Positions 1 through 14,520 of a stretch of DNA of 64,000 bases are shown here, piece after piece. Numbering within the stretch: the first letter of the stretch is position 1; the number at the start of each line of letters is the position of its first letter. The stretch lies in NCBI RefSeq assembly GCF_009914755.1, contig NC_060929.1; one strand, given 5' to 3'. The notes below the pieces were generated by a model, which saw only the letters and a list, made by a program, of their open reading frames with translations, was not told where the DNA came from and searched no databases. The translations under genes were made by a program, and so were the position numbers. Source of the DNA: the human T2T-CHM13v2.0 reference genome, Homo sapiens.

Positions 1-34
1 CACCCCTCACCCCTCACCCCTTACCCCTCACCCC
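1..34. repeat. (CACCCCT)n 7-mer tandem repeat, cut by the window edge
   Basis: About 5 copies read directly. Confidence 0.85.
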
Positions 35-59
35 AGGACCAGGCCTTCCTGAGTTTGTT

Positions 60-352
60 TTCTCTCTCAAGCTAGTGAGTGCACAGTCTCTAGCAATTAG
101 TCAATTACCTTTTAAGTATCATTACCTGAGGCTGGCTTCAGAGGTGGTTTTTGGGTGGTTTTTGTTCCAAGTAAGCTGTGGGTTTTCCTTATCTACCTGT
201 GTCCCTAGTTTTGAGGGTGGTGGTTTGTCTTGTGACCTTAATTCTCTGCTAGATCTAAGAAAATTTGTTGGTTTTTAGTTTGTCACCTTTTTTTATTTTC
301 TTGTTGTGAGGATAGGAACGATGAGTCTCAAACTCCTTTGGGCCAGAAACTG
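60..352 (-). mobile_element. Ancient L1M-type fragment
   Basis: Resembles the antisense 5' end of old L1M elements (gatctaagaaaatttgttgg...ttgttgtgaggat); subfamily and limits uncertain. Confidence 0.45.
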
Positions 353-1675
353 GTAGTAATGAAAAATAATGTTTCTAGACTTCATAGTATTCTATCAGGT
401 GGATTGTGTCTCACTCTAAACAAAACTCCTTTTGAAAGCAGGAGAAAATCTTTTAGTTTGATCAAAGAGCCAAATATAGGCATCACAGAATTTGCTTTAT
501 TTTTACTCTAAAAAAAAAAGATGATTTAGATAGTATTTAGATCATTATAATGTTATTTGGGTGATTATAATTTTATATATTAAGTTATACATTTTACATT
601 CTTTTCATTTAAGCATTCTACATCATGAGTAAATGTGAAATGTTAAGTGATAATCATTTTAAATTAAAGTCTTTTAATTTTATGTTTTTACATGAATATG
701 AAAACAAACTTTAGTCACTGCTTCTAAAGTGAAACTATATTTTGGGTTATCTTCAAGAAGGCACAATTCCTTAAGTAGATAAGTTAATGAGCATTTGGAC
801 TTTTACTTTTGGTCATTATGCTTCTTTGTAAGGGTGCCTTAAATTTGGCTAGTTTCTGTTTTCTCTGAAGTAGGGGTTTTTATCTCTGACCACCTTGAAC
901 TGATTTGCATTGTAACTTGTTTGTCGTAATCTTTTTGCATTTGCTCTGCAAAGCTGCATTTCACACCTCCGACTGTAATGGGTCAGTCAGGGTCACCTCA
1001 TTGTACTTGAAATATGAAATGACACCCTGTAGGTCATCATCACCCTGCATGTCTACCAGAAATGAGAAATTGTCCTTAAGAATACACTTTGTCAGCTTGG
1101 TGTTACAAGTACCAAAGTGGTTACAGTATTTTACATTGGGTTTTGAAGTATTTTTTAAGTTTTAGGTGTTTAATCAGTGTAACAGATTTAGGAATGGTTT
1201 CCTATCAACTATGAGATAGTCTGTAACACAGTTTTTTGGATTTTAGTGTATAATCAGTTCAACTGATTCTTTTTGTTCCCCTTATGGAATCATTAAATGA
1301 TCGTAAAATTAGAGCAACAAATGCCTCAGATTAAACAATCTTGATTTACTTGTATGTCATTTGATCAGATGAATAAGGCCTTAGAAAATCAACTAAATAA
1401 AGTCAGCATTCAGAGTCCTGACTTTGGCCTTGCTATTTATTATGAAATTCCACCTAGGCATACATACTTGGACGGTTGTTTGGTTTTTTCCTCACGATAC
1501 TTTGTTTCTTCATCTTTTGGACTATGTGTATAACATTGACATTTAATGAAACGTATCTGTACATTTTTCATTTGGCTAAATAAAGGCATACAAGTATGAA
1601 AGGGAAAAAATCGATGAATGAATCATGCAGTTCAGCTTCCTACCATTTTTTCTAAAATCTATAGAAGCTTTGAAA

Positions 1676-1875
1676 CAGTGCTATCCAATAGAACTTTCTG
1701 CAGTGATGGCAGTGCTCTTTGACACTATCCAATGTGATATCCACTAGCCAAATGAGGTTATTGAGCCTCTGAAATGTGGCTGGCATTATTGAGGAATTGT
1801 ATTTTTTATTTTATTTAATTTTACTTAAATGTAAGTAGCACTTTGAGCTAGAGGCTACCATATTGGACAGCACAG
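1676..1875. mobile_element. MER3 (hAT-Charlie non-autonomous DNA transposon)
   Basis: Inverted ends cagtgctatccaata / tattggacagcacag; internal ccactagcc and tgaaatgtggct motifs; ~200 bp. Confidence 0.8.
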
Positions 1876-1918
1876 ATTTAGGTTTTATTTGTGGGTTGTT
1901 TTTTTCTTATCTATAAAA

Positions 1919-1976
1919 TGTGTGTGTGTTTGTGTGTGTGTGTTTGTGTGTGTGTATGCGTGCATGCATGCATGTG
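1919..1976. repeat. Interrupted (TG)n microsatellite ending in (TGCA)n
   Basis: Read directly. Confidence 0.9.
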
Positions 1977-3477
1977 TTGCAAGAAAAACTGAGCTTTAAG
2001 TACAAGTCTTTCATTCAAGGAAAGGTATCAAGAAGAGAAATTGGCACCAAAACAGTAGAATTGGATATATATATAGAATCTGTCCAAGAAATCATTTAAA
2101 ACATAGTAAATTTGGTACACAGAATTAAATGGACTTCTTCCCAGAACAATGGAACAGCAGTCGAGGAATTGAAAACAGTGCCTGCTGGAGAAAAACAGGA
2201 AGAGAAAGAGACAGTGGGAACAGAGAGAAGGGGAGGAAGAGAGGACGTGAATGAATGCAAGTGTTATTTATTGACATTTTAGAAATTTTAATTGAGGTGA
2301 TATTACTGTACTGGCTTTGTAATCTAGTAGGGGAAAAAGCTAATTTAGTCTAGCTTCTTTTTGTAGTGAAGACTCAATAGTTAAATAAACAGTGCTCTGC
2401 AGAATCTGTTTATTCCTTCAAAACAGTTAACCTTTCAGATTAAAGATGGCAAGAGCTAAAAGTAGAAAATAAAAAAGTGTTATATTGACAGGTTTGGGGA
2501 CTATTGAAAGTGTTACATAGTTCAAATCCTTCTGATTAACTTGAGTTTTCCAACTACATGTGATCACATAACATACTATAGTTTGAAATTAAAGAACCAA
2601 CATTTTTGTAGGACTCTCTGGTGTAAAAGGATCTTCATTCTGGGAAGGTAGAAAATCATGAGTCTGGGGAAGAGGACATTGAGAAGCAGTCACGTGTCTA
2701 TTTGCCTGGGTGATATTTGAGTAAGATTTTTTCTGGATCGTCAGTAAATTTGTTTTTGGCTTTTCTAAACTTTCTTTCTTAGTTCATTTTCTTAAATATT
2801 TCTTTTTCTCTTGGTTTTTGCCTATCCCAGAAAATTATCATCCAGTTCTAGGAGCATAATAACATGTTTAAATGTTGTGACCAGTTAAAACACAAAGCCC
2901 CACTTTATCTACACCAATCTGTTAATATAATTCCTTTCACCTTTATCTCCTTCTCAGTCTTTCTAAAGCAACTGTACAGCTTTTCCTTCCTTGGAGAAAG
3001 AAAACAGATTGCCAGCAATCTGCCACATTTGAGTGTTGTGGTCTGGGTGTGACATTTCTGAGCGTAGTGATTCCAGTAGAACACACTTACTATATTTACA
3101 GTTTGAAATGTAGGAGTGCCAGATAGTAACATAAAGGGAGGTTGAAAGTTTTACATAATGAGATGCTTAGCATCAGCTCGGTTTGGATGAACTGCTCTAT
3201 GGACACTAATTCCCATCACTCCATGTGACTAGATGGAATTTTGGCTGGGTCATTGGCATTTGGGAGGATTATGATAGGGGAAAGTGTGGAATTCCAGAGA
3301 TGGGACATAGTGGTATTAGAAAAAATATATTTCTGTTGCAACTTTTGATCTTTTGGGGACAGGATAGAAAAGGGGCTTAGCAGCTAGAATCTCTAATTTC
3401 ACGCCTCACTTAAAATAATTTATCTAGAAGATCTTTGGGAAGGTGCCATAATGTTCCCAGGGGTAGTTTAGCCATGC

Positions 3478-3506
3478 CAACAACAGCAACAACAACAACA
3501 ACAAAC
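3478..3506. repeat. (CAA)n microsatellite
   Basis: caacaacagcaacaacaacaacaacaaac. Confidence 0.85.
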
Positions 3507-4374
3507 AGTCTCTATGATGCTTCCTCCTGTCCCCATTTGTTGGGGAAAATGGTGATGTCACCATGCTTCAGACATTCCCCGAGCATGTTGTCACTATGCC
3601 TACCAGCCATCTTACCTTAGCACTTGGTCAAAAATAAATTCTGCCCTGGTGCCTCTTTAAGTTCTATTTTCCCCTATTTGCCTGTCTGAAAACTCCCGTT
3701 GCTCTTACGAACTGGACAACTAAAGCTGCAAAACCCTATGTTAGAGAATCTCTTTCTACAGATAAATGTGACAGCCTTGGTACAGCAATGAGTGCGTTGG
3801 AAAGCACATTTAATAACTTTCTGTAGTGTCATTATAAAATATGTTAATAGAGTGTAATTACAACATATTTTAACTGTAAATTTAACTTAGACATTATAGT
3901 GCATGCATTCAAATAAAATTCAAAGGAAAAAAGTACAGTACATAAAAAAATCTGAAATTTCATATTCAGTAAAATGATAGACTTGATATTCTCATAACCT
4001 TTTGCGTAACATCTAGAGGAGCTGGACAAATGGACGCCCATAGCTAAATGGGAAGGGAAATCTCCACATGCCTACATATATGTATGAAAACATATCAGCA
4101 GAAATGCAAGTAATAAGCTGGCTCTCACGCTTCAGCTACTCTGAGGACCACTTCTAATCTTGGTAATTAAGAGCCTTAACTTTTTTAGGTTCTTTTTTTA
4201 AAGAGAAAACTGCAGTAAGAATATAATTTATATTAGAACATGGTATATAATCTCACACCCCACTGAATAGCAGATTTTGTAGCAATGTGCACAGTTCTTA
4301 CTAAGGATCAGTGTTAACTACTCTTTTTTACGATTGTACTCCATTCTGTTTTATTACAAAATGCTGGTCATAAT

Positions 4375-4535
4375 GGTGGTTCTCAGTCTTGACACCTAGG
4401 AGCCATAAAAATATATATGCCAGGGTCCCACCCTCAGTGATTCTGATTTCACTGGTCTTGGGTTGTGGCCCAGGAATCAGGGTTTTAAAAGCTCCCTGGG
4501 TGATTCTAATGCACCGCCAAGGTTAAGAACCATAG
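4375..4535. mobile_element. MER5A-like hAT element
   Basis: gtggttctca start; gattctgatt and aagctccctgggtgattctaatgca internal motifs; ggttaagaacca end. Confidence 0.75.
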
Positions 4536-5019
4536 CACCAAATTGATTTCACTATGTACTAATAGAACTTGACAGCATATTTCAAAACCATTGCTCTAAA
4601 GGGATATACCTATAATAAAAGAATAGACTAAATATAAAATCTCCCACCACAGAAAGAAAGCAAACCAACAAACAAAAAAACACCCTTGATTCCCAGGCTG
4701 GGTGGGGTGTGTGCTTGGTGAGGTTATAGGGGTAGAAAGTGGTCTACCCTAAAGAATATGTAACCAAAGGCCTACTCACATATGCTTTTGAAATTATACT
4801 ATGACAAGTTCAGAAATCAGCATTTAAATCCCTGGTGGGTAACACCTTGAATTGCATGGTGGAAGCAAACACTAATCTCTATGAAGGGACATACCTTGAC
4901 TCAGGTTCAGCTGGGTTTTTTTTCTGACATAAGACATAAGCCTCCCTCCACCCAACCACCCAAGGCTGCAAGCTGCAACCACCATGAATTCTCTGTTTCT
5001 GGAAGTGTAACAGATCCAA

Positions 5020-6430
5020 AGCCAAGTAAAGAAAAAAGAAACCTACATGTAGACACATGAACGTAAAAGGAGTCAGAAAAAGAAAAGAAAAAACTTGCCA
5101 CAATGATTGCTGATCCTAGAACATCCTAACATAAAAAACTAGAGCTGGAATATACTGCCTATTTCTAAACTGCTGAAAGAAGTTAACTCCTAACCTAGAC
5201 TTCTATGCCTTCCTAAATTTAATTTAAAAACAAAGGCAAAATAAAGGCATTAGGTAATTAAAAAGTGAGAGTATGTACCACCAGGTCCTCACTAAAATAA
5301 CTTCTAAAGGATTTCCCTCAAAAAGAGGGATGAGATCCCAGAAAGGATTTTTGACATCTTAAATGTGAGAAGGAATAGGGAGGAAAGAAAAAATAGCCCT
5401 CTGGATAAATGTAAACAAACAGGGTCTACAAATAACAAAACAACACCAAAAATGAGTACTTGGGAGGGTAAAGAAGGTTGAACTGAGGAGTTGGGTGACA
5501 TGGTACAGGTGTGATTAGATTTAAAGCCTTCTAAGGGTCATGTACCTGCACTACTCAGGGGAAGTGGGGTGGGGGTGGGGGGGGCTTTGAATTCTAAGTC
5601 TACAATCAAGTATGTCTTGTTAAAAGTTATAAGTATAACCTGTAAAGTAATAAAAATAGAATGTATAACATCTAAGCAAATAGAATAGAAAAATGTGTAG
5701 TATGAAGGGAGCATATAACAAACGGAATTATTAATAGAAATTTGAACAGAATGTGATGGCTAAAACCCACAGATGTTAGTGATCACAATAAATGATATTC
5801 TTTTTTTATTCTAACTATATAAAGCTTACAAGAGTTATAGCTAAAACAAGTATGTCAATGGGTTGAAAATAAAAGATTGGAAAAGATACAACAGGCAACT
5901 ACTTACCAAAATGAGTTTAGTGTCACTATGTTAATATCTGATAAAGATAGTGTTAAAAGCAAAAACTAGTAGGAATAAAAAAAGATCACTACATAATGTA
6001 AACTGCAATTCACTGCAAAGTTGTAATAATTCTAAACTTGTTTGTATATATTTAATTATATAGCCTCAAAATATATAAAATAAAACAGTGAGCAAACTAG
6101 AGAAATTAATACATTTACTATTATAGTGCAAGGTTAATACAACTCAGTATTTAATGAGTCATGCAGATGAAAAAGATTATAGATGATTTGAATAACACAG
6201 TTAACAAGCTTAATCTAGCATACATATATTAAACCCTGTAGCCAATAACTAGTAAAGATACATTCCCTTCCAGCACGCATAGACTGTTTCAGTAATTGAC
6301 CATATGTGATGCCATAAAATACATCTCAGTAGATTTCATAGAATTAGCATCAATGTGTAATTCATGTTCTCAGAGAACAATGCAGAAAAATTAGAAATCA
6401 AAACTCCAGAAGTAACTAAACTAAAAACAT
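5020..6430 (+). mobile_element. Highly decayed L1M/L1ME fragment (ORF1 end to ORF2 endonuclease region)
   Basis: A-rich strand bias with L1-like motifs (cctcaaaatatataaaa, attgaccatatg, aaattagaaatcaa); limits approximate. Confidence 0.6.
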
Positions 6431-7897
6431 ACTGTTAGTCTTCCCTCCTCCCTAGCAATAAACACTATATTCCTAGGAAAAATGTCATGATAATATGAGG
6501 GTGGCATCCTTTCAAACTGTATATAAATGTATAATTTTTTTTTCAAAACAGGGACATGTTTGTGTGATCATGTAATTTGGTTTCTGTTTGTTTTTAACTC
6601 AGCAGGCTATTACAGATATGCTGCCATGGCAGTACACACAGGTATCCCACTAGACTAGATCACTAATATATGTCTCTAAAACAAGAGCTTAGTAAACGAG
6701 GCACTTGACTTTGGGTCACCTCACTTTGCTCCTAAAGATCTATTATCCCACAGCCTGTCCCTCCAGAATTCACACTGAGAAAGAAACAAGACTGCCAGTG
6801 AGTAGCCAAAAATGCATGTTTTAAAACTTAACTGCTGTATTCATAGAAAAAATAATTGGTGGACTCAGGGATAGCTTTCTGCCTTTCATTGCATACTATT
6901 TTAGTATAGCTCAGAATCCCATTTCTCAAACACAAATTAAAAAGAGAAAAAAGCCACTGGAGTGAGGATAACAGAAGTTAGTGACAACCTGGTTGGTTCC
7001 TGGTTAGGAACAGGATAAACAAAACAGTACAAAAGTGACATTATTAGAAACCACAATCTAGAGAGATTTCATGTGGGGAAGAGACATCCCTCTCAGTGCA
7101 TCACCATTACAGCAGAACGAATTATATATATACATATATATATATAATTTTCATATATTTACTGTATATATATAGAGAGAGAGTCAATATTTGTAAATAT
7201 AAGAAAAGAGTAACTTCTGTTCATTGAAGTTTGGAGGACAGGGACATTTATGTAGTGATTTTAAGGAAAAACAATGCATTTAAAAATGGAGTTGATGCAG
7301 AAAGTTACCTGGTTATAGGGGCTGAAATCATCAGGAATTTACCTATGTGGGGTGAACTTTGGCAAGTCCCTTCACCAGGCTGAACCTCAGTTTCCTCAGT
7401 GATATGACAAGCTGCTCCCATGCTTCTGTCCTGGGATACAGTTGTCTCTTTCCTGCCCTCATGCAATACATCTCTATGAATACCTCCTTTTTGAAGTATG
7501 CCTCGCCAGATGCTATTGGGGCTTATGAATGGCAAACGACGGAAGACTCAGACCATAAACCTGCCCCTCGGGTTTACAGTCTAGGAGGAAAGATGAGAGA
7601 TGTGCACCAGTAACAGCAGTGCAGGGACTAAAGGATATGTAAGAGAGGGATGGAAAATACTGTGGTGTATAAAATTAAGTCTCATCGGAACAGGACCTTC
7701 AGAATATGAAACACTTGTGAACTCGGAGAGATGTGGGCAGGGGGAAAAGAGGACACACAGTAGTTCTGTTTAAGAACATAGTGCATGAGCATGGTCAGAA
7801 GGGTAAATTGGAACGTCATTTAGAGGGACCTCATGCCAGCACAAGAGATTTTTAAAGGTGTTTTTTTTCACAAAGGAGTGACTATTTAAATGCTTAA

Positions 7898-8246
<349 letters not shown>

Positions 8247-8779
8247 CTAACAGTTGATTTAAAATTTTTCTGCTTCAGTGGAAGACTTGTAGGTTATTTT
8301 CAGCATTTGGTCACATAATGTTCATTGTTCTCATGTAGAAAGAACTTTAGAATCATTAGGCTAAATGCTTCGTTGGGATTATGTAAGGAATGCCTTGCTT
8401 CCACAGTCTAAATCAGATTGAAGAGTTAAAAGGGAACAAGAACACAAGGATCTCAAATTATCCATTGCATAAAATATTTAATTTCCTATGAATAAGTGGA
8501 TTTTACTAAAATTATTTTTCTGCCCTCAGGGGCTCTCAGGAAAGCAGTTTAATGAAGGGTACTGATTTTAGAAGCTCTTAAAATTTTTATAGTAGAAGTA
8601 ATCTGTGAAGACACGTGAAATAGATGCACGGGTGGCAAGTATTGAAATCTATATTGTAGTGGGTGAACCTCAGATTTACTAAGAAGCAGCCTGAACGTGT
8701 GTTTGGAAGTAAAGAGATCTGGGTTATCACTCTTCTCTGCTCATAATTTGTCATGTGGCTGGTGATAAGAAGAAGTGTC

Positions 8780-9430
8780 AGGAAAGGTGGGTTGGGACCC
8801 AATTATTAATGGCTTGGGGTATATGCTAAAGCAATTGGACTTTTCATTCTAAGCAGTGGGGAATCACCTTGTTTTAGAAAGATAACTCACAGAACAATGA
8901 GAAGGATGATATAGAGAGATAGGCTGGAGACAAGGAAAGAGGTAGACTGGTAAGATGTCTGTTACAATGGACTAAGCCTCTGTCTTCTCATCACTAGAAT
9001 AAGGCAGTGGAAATGGGAGTTCTCCCACTTATTCATTCACCAAGACTCTCCTTTTTGAGTACCATGTAACAGGCATGGTTCTAACCAGCACAGGGCATAT
9101 TGCTTTGAGCAAGACAGAGACCACTCCTTAGCACAAGTAGTGGTAATTCCAGGTGCCATGGACCATACAGCAAGGGATACATAACCCCTTCTCAGGAGGA
9201 GGAGGGGTTAGAGTATTAAGAAATCACTGACTTCGGAATGTGAAGGACCAAAATACAGGCCAAAGTGGGGATTAAGATACAAGAAAAAAAAGACAGCATA
9301 TGAGAATCCTGGAGGGGTAAGAGCAATATATGCCCCATGAATTGAAACTACTTCAGCTGGAGCTTAGGGTGCAAGTGCAGGACAGCAAAAATTAAGATTG
9401 GAGTGGCAAGCAGAGGCCAGGCCAAAAAGA
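8780..9430 (-). mobile_element. L2 fragments
   Basis: ttattcattcac...caggcatggttcta 3'-end motif and purine-rich L2-like body; limits approximate. Confidence 0.45.
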
Positions 9431-11345
9431 ATGCTCAATTTGAGAATGTTTGAAAGTGGATGCCCCAGAACGTCAGGGTTCCTTGATTTGAGGGATGAGA
9501 CATAGGTAAAGGTGACTTCAACTTGTGTGATTTGATTTCAGGCACCTTGGTATTTGGAAATACCATCTTAACAGACGAAAGGAATATGGAGGGAGGACAG
9601 CTGTGTGCTGTGTAATGGCACTGATGAGAGAGCACCATTTGGGTGTCTGGGTACTATGCTGACCTGAAGCTTCACAAAAACACCTTCTTGTCTCACCAAA
9701 TGAGTCTGGGGATTGGACAAAGCTGAAGAAAGCCTGCTGCTCTTCCTAGAACCTCCCCTCACTCAAATACCCCCTGAAAAAATTTTTCTCCTTGCACCCC
9801 ACATTGCATCAAGTACAGTGATTTGCACAGTGTGGGTCTTCATTGTATTATTTTTCTAAACCAGCAGGTTGTTTATTTAGAACACAAAGTTTAGATGGGT
9901 TCATGATTTGTATATGATGGGAGGTCACAATTCTGAATACAGTAGTAACATAACATATGTGCTTGCATGTATATGTGTGTGTCTTTACATGTATATGTAT
10001 ACATGCAATGTGGGGTGCAAAGAGAAAAAGTATTTCAGGGACTATTTGGGGGATTTCTAGGAAGGGCAGCTGGCCTTCTTTAGCTGTGCCCAAGTGATTT
10101 CAGGATAAGCACCTTTTATGATAAAGTGTATGTAAATTGGATCAAATAAATCTTTAATATGATAAAAGCAAAAATGCCCTACAACATGCCTTACCTCCGT
10201 TTACTAAGAAAAAAGGGGTTATCATGAGATCCCTTTTCAATTGTAGATGTCAACATTTTAATAAAGTGTTCAGCTACCTTTGCATCCATGAGACACTTTA
10301 TAAAAATATTACTTATCAGTAAAATACACAAGTTAAGAAACAAACACTTTAATTAAATTGCACAGAGCAAAAGAAAGCTTTAGTTGGCTGCATTATTCTT
10401 CACACTGTGTTTTAAAACTATTTCTATGTAAGCTAAGTAGCTACACAAATAGTCACACCATTGGAAGCATCTGTTTAAAAATGTTTGACATGCATCAAAA
10501 TACACAAAGTAATAAAAAGATCATCTCTATATGTATTCCATTACTTTTTTCCTGTAGTTTGCTAGTATTGCTATCAATATGCATATCACTAAACAATATA
10601 TAAAATTATCTTGTAAATGTATAAATTAAGCCTTGCTTCTGTTATTTCTTCAGTAGCATGCCAGGTGAGCAGAACCTCAGTACTGGGTAATGAGAGACAC
10701 TCTCTTTTATTCTAGTTGTTTGATTTGGAAAGCAATGCATCCCAAAAGCATCTACCCTGCAGTAACCTTTTTGTGGATCCCACCTTGGGCACCAGCTGTT
10801 TCCCACAGTATGGGCAGGATCACGGGAAGTGACCAGCATAGGCTTAATAGGAAGAACAAGGGTGCTTTGCAAGCCTGTGAAGCCTAGGATAATTCTTCAC
10901 TTCTTGTGGATGTCAGAATTTCTGGATAGACGTTACTGGCCTCCTCCCCTGGCCCCAGTACTTGGTACAGTCTTCCTATGAACTAGGGGAGTACTACCTG
11001 TCTGAGTAAACTAATATACAAAAATGAGTCTAAACTCATTTCTTTAAAGTATTCGACTTATTTTCCTTGTCCAAGAAGCATCACAACAAAATAACCAAAT
11101 GACAGAAGCGCATAGAATACTGTGTCAAATATGTATATATAAAGTCTTGGAAATTGGGGAAGGTATTATATCTTCTGTGTCCTATTTTACTTTGGCAAAG
11201 AGGAAGTTCTTAGTGAATCTTAATGGCTAAATTGAAATAGCCCTGTTATGAAAGCATTTATATATGTGTTCTGTGGATCTCACAACTTGGCTCTCTGGTC
11301 CTTGCTGTCCAACATGGCAGCCAATAACATCATACGGCTATTTAA

Positions 11346-11819
<474 letters not shown>

Positions 11820-14128
11820 TAAAATGACATAAACTTAAAAATCTAGTTCCTCATTTGACACTATTCATCTTCAGGTGCTCAGTAGACACATGTGGCTAGT
11901 GGCCACTGTGTTGCACAGCACAGATATTGAATATTTTCATTATTTTTGCAGAAAGTTATTTTCAACAGTGCTGTAGTGCAGCTCCTATTTCCTTTTCTAA
12001 TATGCTTCCAGGTCAGATATTTCCTATAAGCTTCCTCAAAGCCTATGTAGAACACATGCAAATACTTATTTATATCCTCTAGAGCACCCCTGTGGCTACC
12101 AAGCTGGGCACATAGTAATTCTTAGCCTGATTGGTAGAATGGAGGAGAAAGCTGGTTTTGATCCTTTTGACTTTCACCTGCCTAGTGGCCATTTAAGTTC
12201 ACTGCACTGAGAACTGAATGGTTTTAGATCCAGCTATTGTATTTGGCTAAGAGTTTGACTGTCATCAGCCTAATTTTGTTATTTTAATAGAAGGAAATGT
12301 CTCTGGGTTTGATAGGTTCTTGTTTGGGAAGTATAGTTTAACAGAGGTAGAATTTAAGAAGATGTCCTGTGTTTGTTTTGAAGAGAGATGACTGACAAAC
12401 ATTTTGCACAACTGAGCTCAAGCTCATGGGTCTGTTTGATTTTTGTAATTCTGATCCTCGATGGCCTTTGGTTAACTGCAAAACAGTCAAAGTGCAGAGG
12501 CTATTCTCTCTCCAAGCTTCCCTTTGCAGTATTCCATCCTATTGATTCCTGCATTACCTATGGGGAAAAAAAAAGTTTGTTAGACCAATTTAGTGAGCCA
12601 GAATTGTGATTCTGTTCAGGAAAATGTCTGCTGTATTTGTCATTGCTAGTCATTTTACAAGTGTATTTTGATGAGCTGAGTATGTACCACACTTTACGAA
12701 GGGTGCGCTTTTTCCTTTTTGCTTCTACAGGTGAAAACCTTCAACCAGGAAGCATTTTTATCATTTTAAATTCCAAAAATACTAATATTTAAGAATAATG
12801 AAATATTGAATTGCCTTTTTCTTTTCACCTTTTTTTCTGGATTAGTTGGAAACTTTATAGGAACTAGTGAAAGCTACATGATCTATTTGTGGATAGTGCT
12901 GGAAAACAAGGCTGGCTTTTTAAGTAATTAGTAGGCTGGCTGGCATTGAAAGTTTTGGGGTTTTCGTGATTTATGTAGTGATTTTTCTCCAACCATTATA
13001 TGTTTACAAAATTTTACTTGCAGTTATTTTCACTCTTTTATTCACTTTCTCACTTTCAGCTCCCCTATCTCATCCTTTCTTGTTACCCAACTCTTCTTTT
13101 CTTCCCTTCATTTCTTATTTTCTGCCTGTATAAAAATATTTTTCCGGCTTTAACACAACATATTGTGTCAGTTCCAGATCTCTACAAGGGTGTTCTGAAG
13201 CCTTTATGGAGTAGGGGACTGGTGGGTCTTAGCGGTGATGGTTTGAGTTTGAGACAGCTTCGTTCACTACACTGTGCTCCTCCTGCATGAACCTAGACCT
13301 GTGTTTTAATTCAGTTCCTGACATTTTGGCATTGAAGTCTATATTTTAGCTGCCCATGCTGAATCAAGCAAGGTGCAATTAGGAGGCATTCTAAGACTAA
13401 TTTTTAGAATTGAAGTGGGAAAATTTAACTGGTAAACCTTGAAAATGACCTTCCCAGAAAATCTGTGCTCATTCTCCTCAGCCTGTCTGGAATCATCTTC
13501 ATCTGAGAACTCTCTCAGCTCGCTGGGTTTGGTGGCTCAGTTTTCTGACTCTGCTTCTTATCTCTCCCCGAGGAATAATGCAATGACATTCAGGAATGTT
13601 CTGCTTCCCTAGAAACATAGCTTGAAACTGTGAAGTGCTGGAGGCTAAGACTTCTTGTCATTGTTTGTTCTACGTAGGAATTTTCATTTGCTGTATTTTG
13701 AAAATTAAAAATTTAGAATCAATTTGTGATAACTGCGTACTGTAGATGGGGCACCTTAAGCTGGTTGATTTGGATCAGTGGCGCATATTTTTTTCTCAGT
13801 TGACTGAGAGCCCTAAACAGAAGCCCTGTCAAAAAATTCTCAGGAATACGTGACTGATACTAGACATAGAGATGTACGTCCTCCCTCGGCCTGCCACCCT
13901 GGAGATTGAAGTGCTAGTGTTGGTAGGAGAGGCAGCTGAGGGGGCCCAAAAATGAAATGGCACAGAACGATCGTGAGCTTTCTTTTTTCATTTGGACTTC
14001 TTGTCACTGAACTTCCCACTTTCTTCCTGGTTTCATTTTGTGGCCTGCTGTACCCTCACCCTATGTTGCTCCTGCCTTTCCAAGGGACCTCTGACTAACC
14101 TTTTCCTCTCCCTCCTCTCCTTCTCCAG

Positions 14129-14244
14129 CCCTCTTTTCAGTCTTTGTCATACTAGTTACTGTGCTCATTGGCAGTGGCAGCAAAACGTAGTGTAGGGTAG
14201 AAGGGAGCAAAACCAAAGCTGCGCATACTCTGAGCAGCCCTCAG
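14129..14244 (+). other. Candidate cryptic/alternative cassette exon (116 nt; 104 nt from the second AG) with an in-frame stop
   Basis: GACTAAC branch point at 14093-14099, uninterrupted pyrimidine tract 14099-14126, AG at 14127-14128, donor CAG|gtatgt. Confidence 0.45.
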
Positions 14245-14381
14245 GTATGTCACCTTGCTTCTGTGCAAGAAGGCCCACTTCCAAAAGTAATGACTTTTCT
14301 TTGTATCTACTTTTACGTAAATAGAGTACTTGCTGAATATAGAGCACACAGTCTGTACACTGATGAGGACTTGGGTAGCGT

Positions 14382-14520
14382 TTTGTTATCTCCGTGCTCA
14401 CAGCCACCTGGTGAGGTAGACAGTCTGTTCTCTTAGAGAAAAGCGAGGCTCAGACATTAGGATGCACTGCTGTGGGTCATGCAGAACAAGAGGTGGGGCA
14501 GCACCTCTGAACCCAGCTCA
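14382..14520 (-). mobile_element. MIR fragment
   Basis: ctcacagccacctggtgaggtag...gaggctcagac...tgaaccca, a degenerate MIR core. Confidence 0.55.

Noticed and set aside
1961-1974. Three overlapping TGCATG (RBFOX) motifs
   Set aside because: Product of microsatellite decay and far from any supported exon in the window
12620-12679. Possible 60-nt exon (ttcag...TGA|gtatgt)
   Set aside because: Short pyrimidine tract and weak donor context; not distinguishable from chance
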